From assembly GCA_963706595.1 (NCBI GenBank), contig OY970166.1, positions 1,056,001 to 1,120,000 on the forward strand: a DNA stretch of 64,000 nucleotides, in the 5' to 3' direction. Below the pieces are notes generated by a model, which saw nothing but the letters and a program-made list of their open reading frames with translations, searched no databases and was not told where the DNA came from. Each line of letters begins with the position of its first letter. Position 1 is the first letter of the stretch. A program made the translations under genes and the position numbers. The DNA comes from an uncultured cyanobacterium (GTDB taxonomy: Bacteria > Cyanobacteriota > Cyanobacteriia > Cyanobacteriales > Nostocaceae). Positions 58,658 through 64,000 of the stretch are shown in pieces.

Positions 58658-59052
58658 TATTAGAAATCTTCTCTGGTTCCTATCGGAAATGCTGGGTTGT
58701 GCCGTCGCTAACCTACATTTTTTGGTAAAAGTCTATGGCTTAAGTATATTTGCTGCAATATTTGGAATATGAAGATTTTCAAACTCAATTATAACATTTC
58801 ATGAGAAATTTTAATAAAAATTAATATTTTTTGTGATGTAATTTACATAAACGATCGCAGAGAAATTGGGGCAGAGTGATTAGAATAAAAAATACGGTGA
58901 CGACTAGTTCATGAATTAGTTATCCTATAAAAACAGACTCAAGCTTAAGTCCTTAGTTAAATTCAGTCTTGTGCTTCTGAGGCATCCCAAAGAAGACCAA
59001 GCCAACCAAGTCCAATCCACGTCTGAACTACTAAAGAGCTTCCATAATCATA

Positions 59053-59585
59053 ATGCCTGTGATTGAGAAAAAACGAACTCGCGATCTGCCCCAAATCAAC
59101 GAGCGCATCCGCTTTCCCAAGATTCGGGTCATTGATAATGATGGCACGCAATTAGGAATTATGCCTCCACAAGAAGCATTGCAACTAGCTGACGAGAAAG
59201 AGCTAGACCTAGTATTGCTAAGTGACAAGGCTGACCCACCGTTTGTCGAATCATGGATTACGGGAAGTATAAGTTTGAGCAGGAAAAGAAGGCACGGGAA
59301 GCCCGGAAAAAGCAGCACACGGCTGATGTGAAAGAAGTGAAGATGCGTTATAAAATAGAAGAACATGATTATAATGTGCGTGTTAAGCAAGCCGAGCGCT
59401 TCCTCAAAGATGGTGATAAAGTGAAGGCGACTGTGATGTTCCGGGGTCGAGAGATTCAACACAGTGACTTAGCAGAGCATTTGCTCAAGCGCATGGCTAA
59501 GGATTTGGAGCCGCTTGGTGAACTCCAGCAAGCACCCAAAAGAGAAGGGAGAAATATGATGATGCTGATTTCACCCAAAAAATAA
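59053..59585 (+). CDS. infC: Translation initiation factor IF-3, split by a one-base deletion at about 59241
   Basis: [14 protein letters not shown]...[13 protein letters not shown] then [13 protein letters not shown]...MMMLISPKK in another frame; restoring one G gives [13 protein letters not shown]. Confidence 0.93.
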
Positions 59586-59811
59586 TTCGCCAATTTTTTC
59601 AGATAGCAAGTATAATCTATAACAGAAATTTTCAGTTGACTCCAAGTCATGGAAATTTCTAGAAAATTGATAGTCCTGAGCGCTGAGTGGGAAAGATAAT
59701 ACTCAGTTGCTCAGGATTTTTGCCGTTTATGGGGAATAGAGAGGTGGAGGAATAATCGTTTATTTGATTGTTGATCTGATTTTGAATTCAACTTAGTGTA
59801 ACTTTCAGTGC

Positions 59812-62860
<3,049 letters not shown>

Positions 62861-62949
62861 GACTTTGCTATATTAAGGGGATCTAGAAACCCCATCTTCA
62901 ACGAAGTAAGATGGGGTAGTTCATGAAAGTCTCTCAAAGCAGAATTACT

Positions 62950-63628
62950 ATGTATGTCCTCATAGGTGGAGCCGGTTTAGTGGGGCTAAATTTGGCACAG
63001 AAATTAGTGGAATTGGGGCATACAGTCGCCATAATAGATAAAGATCCTAACGCTTGCCGTTATGCCCGTGAACAAGTGGGAGTCATGGCTTTTGAAGGCA
63101 GCGCTGTGAGTACAGAAACCTTATTAGAAGCCGGGATTCGCAAAGCTGATGCTTTAGCAGTCTGTCCTCAGAAGTGATGCTTTGAATTTAGCAATGGTCA
63201 CTCTGGCCAAACACTATGGTGCGCCTCTGATTTTATCGCGGATGCGCCACCGTGATTTTGCTGAACCTCTGCGGATATCTGGAGCCAATCATATTATCAG
63301 CACGATTGAATTGGCAGTTTCGACAATGGTGAATGCCATTGAGTATCCCCAAGTAGAATCAATGATGCATTTTGAACAAGGGCAAATCGAAGTGCTGAAA
63401 ATGCTCATTCCCAATAATTGCTATGTTGTGGGTCGGAGTGTGGCGGAAATTGCTCAAAATCCTAACTTTCCCAGTGGTTCTTTAATTATTGGTTATCAAT
63501 CTCATCCCCATACTGATTTAATTATTCCTAATGGCAGCACTGTGATTGAACCTAGTTCAACAGTGTTAATTGTGACAAAACCGGGAGTTTTACACCAAGT
63601 TATTGATTTTATTGAAGGTTGTAAGTAA
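62950..63628 (+). CDS. trkA: TrkA family potassium-uptake regulatory protein, split by a one-base insertion at about 63161
   Basis: MYVLIGGAGLVG RCK-N domain; removing one T gives ADALAAVLRSDALNLAMV and joins the TrkA-C part (IIPNGSTVI). Confidence 0.85.
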
Positions 63629-63660
63629 GTTGTAATTAATGCGATCGCTTACAAGCAACA

Positions 63661-63693
63661 AGATCCCCGACTTCTTCAAGAAGTCGGGGATCT
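63661..63693. terminator. Palindrome between convergent genes (repeat-derived, possible bidirectional terminator)
   Basis: agatccccgacttcttcaagaagtcggggatct. Confidence 0.6.
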
Positions 63694-63708
63694 GAACCTT
63701 TGAACCTT

Positions 63709-64000
63709 TCAATCATCATCTAATTGTAGTAATTGTTGGTCAATAATTTTGATGCGATCGCGGGCAATTTCTTCTGAGAGAATACGCTTACGCATAGCTT
63801 CAGTCAGTGCGCCTTTTTCAGCCAGCAGTAAACGGCGACGGATGGCTTCAAGTTTACTGCTGTCGCTTCTTTTCGTGCCAAACTCCTCTGGGCGACGATT
63901 ATGATATTCTCGGAGTGCTTTTTCTGCGCCGGCAATTCGCACCTGATAAGCTGAACGCATCTCTTCATAGATGGCTTTGGGTAATATCCCCGATTTCAAC
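63709..64000 (-). CDS. C-terminal tail of a CPA1 Na+/H+ antiporter (5' part outside the window)
   Basis: SGILPKAIYEEM, IRRRLLLAEKGAL, ILSEE resemble the cytosolic tail of cyanobacterial CPA1 antiporters; only the tail is visible. Confidence 0.65.
   Translation of the reverse strand, partial: LKSGILPKAIYEEMRSAYQVRIAGAEKALREYHNRRPEEFGTKRSDSSKLEAIRRRLLLAEKGALTEAMRKRILSEEIARDRIKIIDQQLLQLDDD

Noticed and set aside
58832..58848. NtcA/CRP-like site TGTGATGTAATTTACA upstream of infC
   Set aside because: Single imperfect match in very AT-rich DNA without a properly spaced -10; cannot be supported.

Overview
64 kb of chromosome from a heterocyst-forming cyanobacterium (Nostocales), judged from the dense HIP1 (GCGATCGC) sites, heptamer STRR arrays, psbY, furC and devBCA-like genes. 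Most of it is core genome: amidase, map, folC, pilMNOQ, HU, cobD, ycf55-like regulator, furC, CRR6, TetR plus DevBCA-like exporter, ispD, scpB, HtrA-type protease, ispG, ctpC, ilvN, infC, MFS-HEAT protein, trkA and the end of a Na+/H+ antiporter. The intergenic spaces are filled with nested MITE/REP-like repeats. Five loci stand out. (1) 47.3-54.9 kb: a C39-peptidase ABC exporter, HlyD and a PPIase-like foldase, followed by three small ORFs that share a double-glycine leader but have unrelated cores and no modification or immunity genes; candidate secreted fibre/amyloid or unmodified-peptide system. (2) 42.25-42.46 kb: a 206-bp protein-less IS200/IS605 derivative that appears to keep both ends, a promoter and a TnpB omegaRNA scaffold. 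(3) 8.85-12.0 kb: an IS630 sandwiched between two of its own MITEs, next to an IS4/Tn5-like element inserted in the loop of a REP-like hairpin with a 10-bp target duplication. (4) A diverged dead duplicate of a gene's 3' end that begins at a HIP1 site. (5) A dispersed repeat inserted in frame in cobD, and matching inverted composite repeats on both sides of ispD. infC and trkA each carry a single-base frameshift, probably consensus errors. No tRNA, rRNA or CRISPR array was seen. All calls come from reading the sequence; no database search was run.
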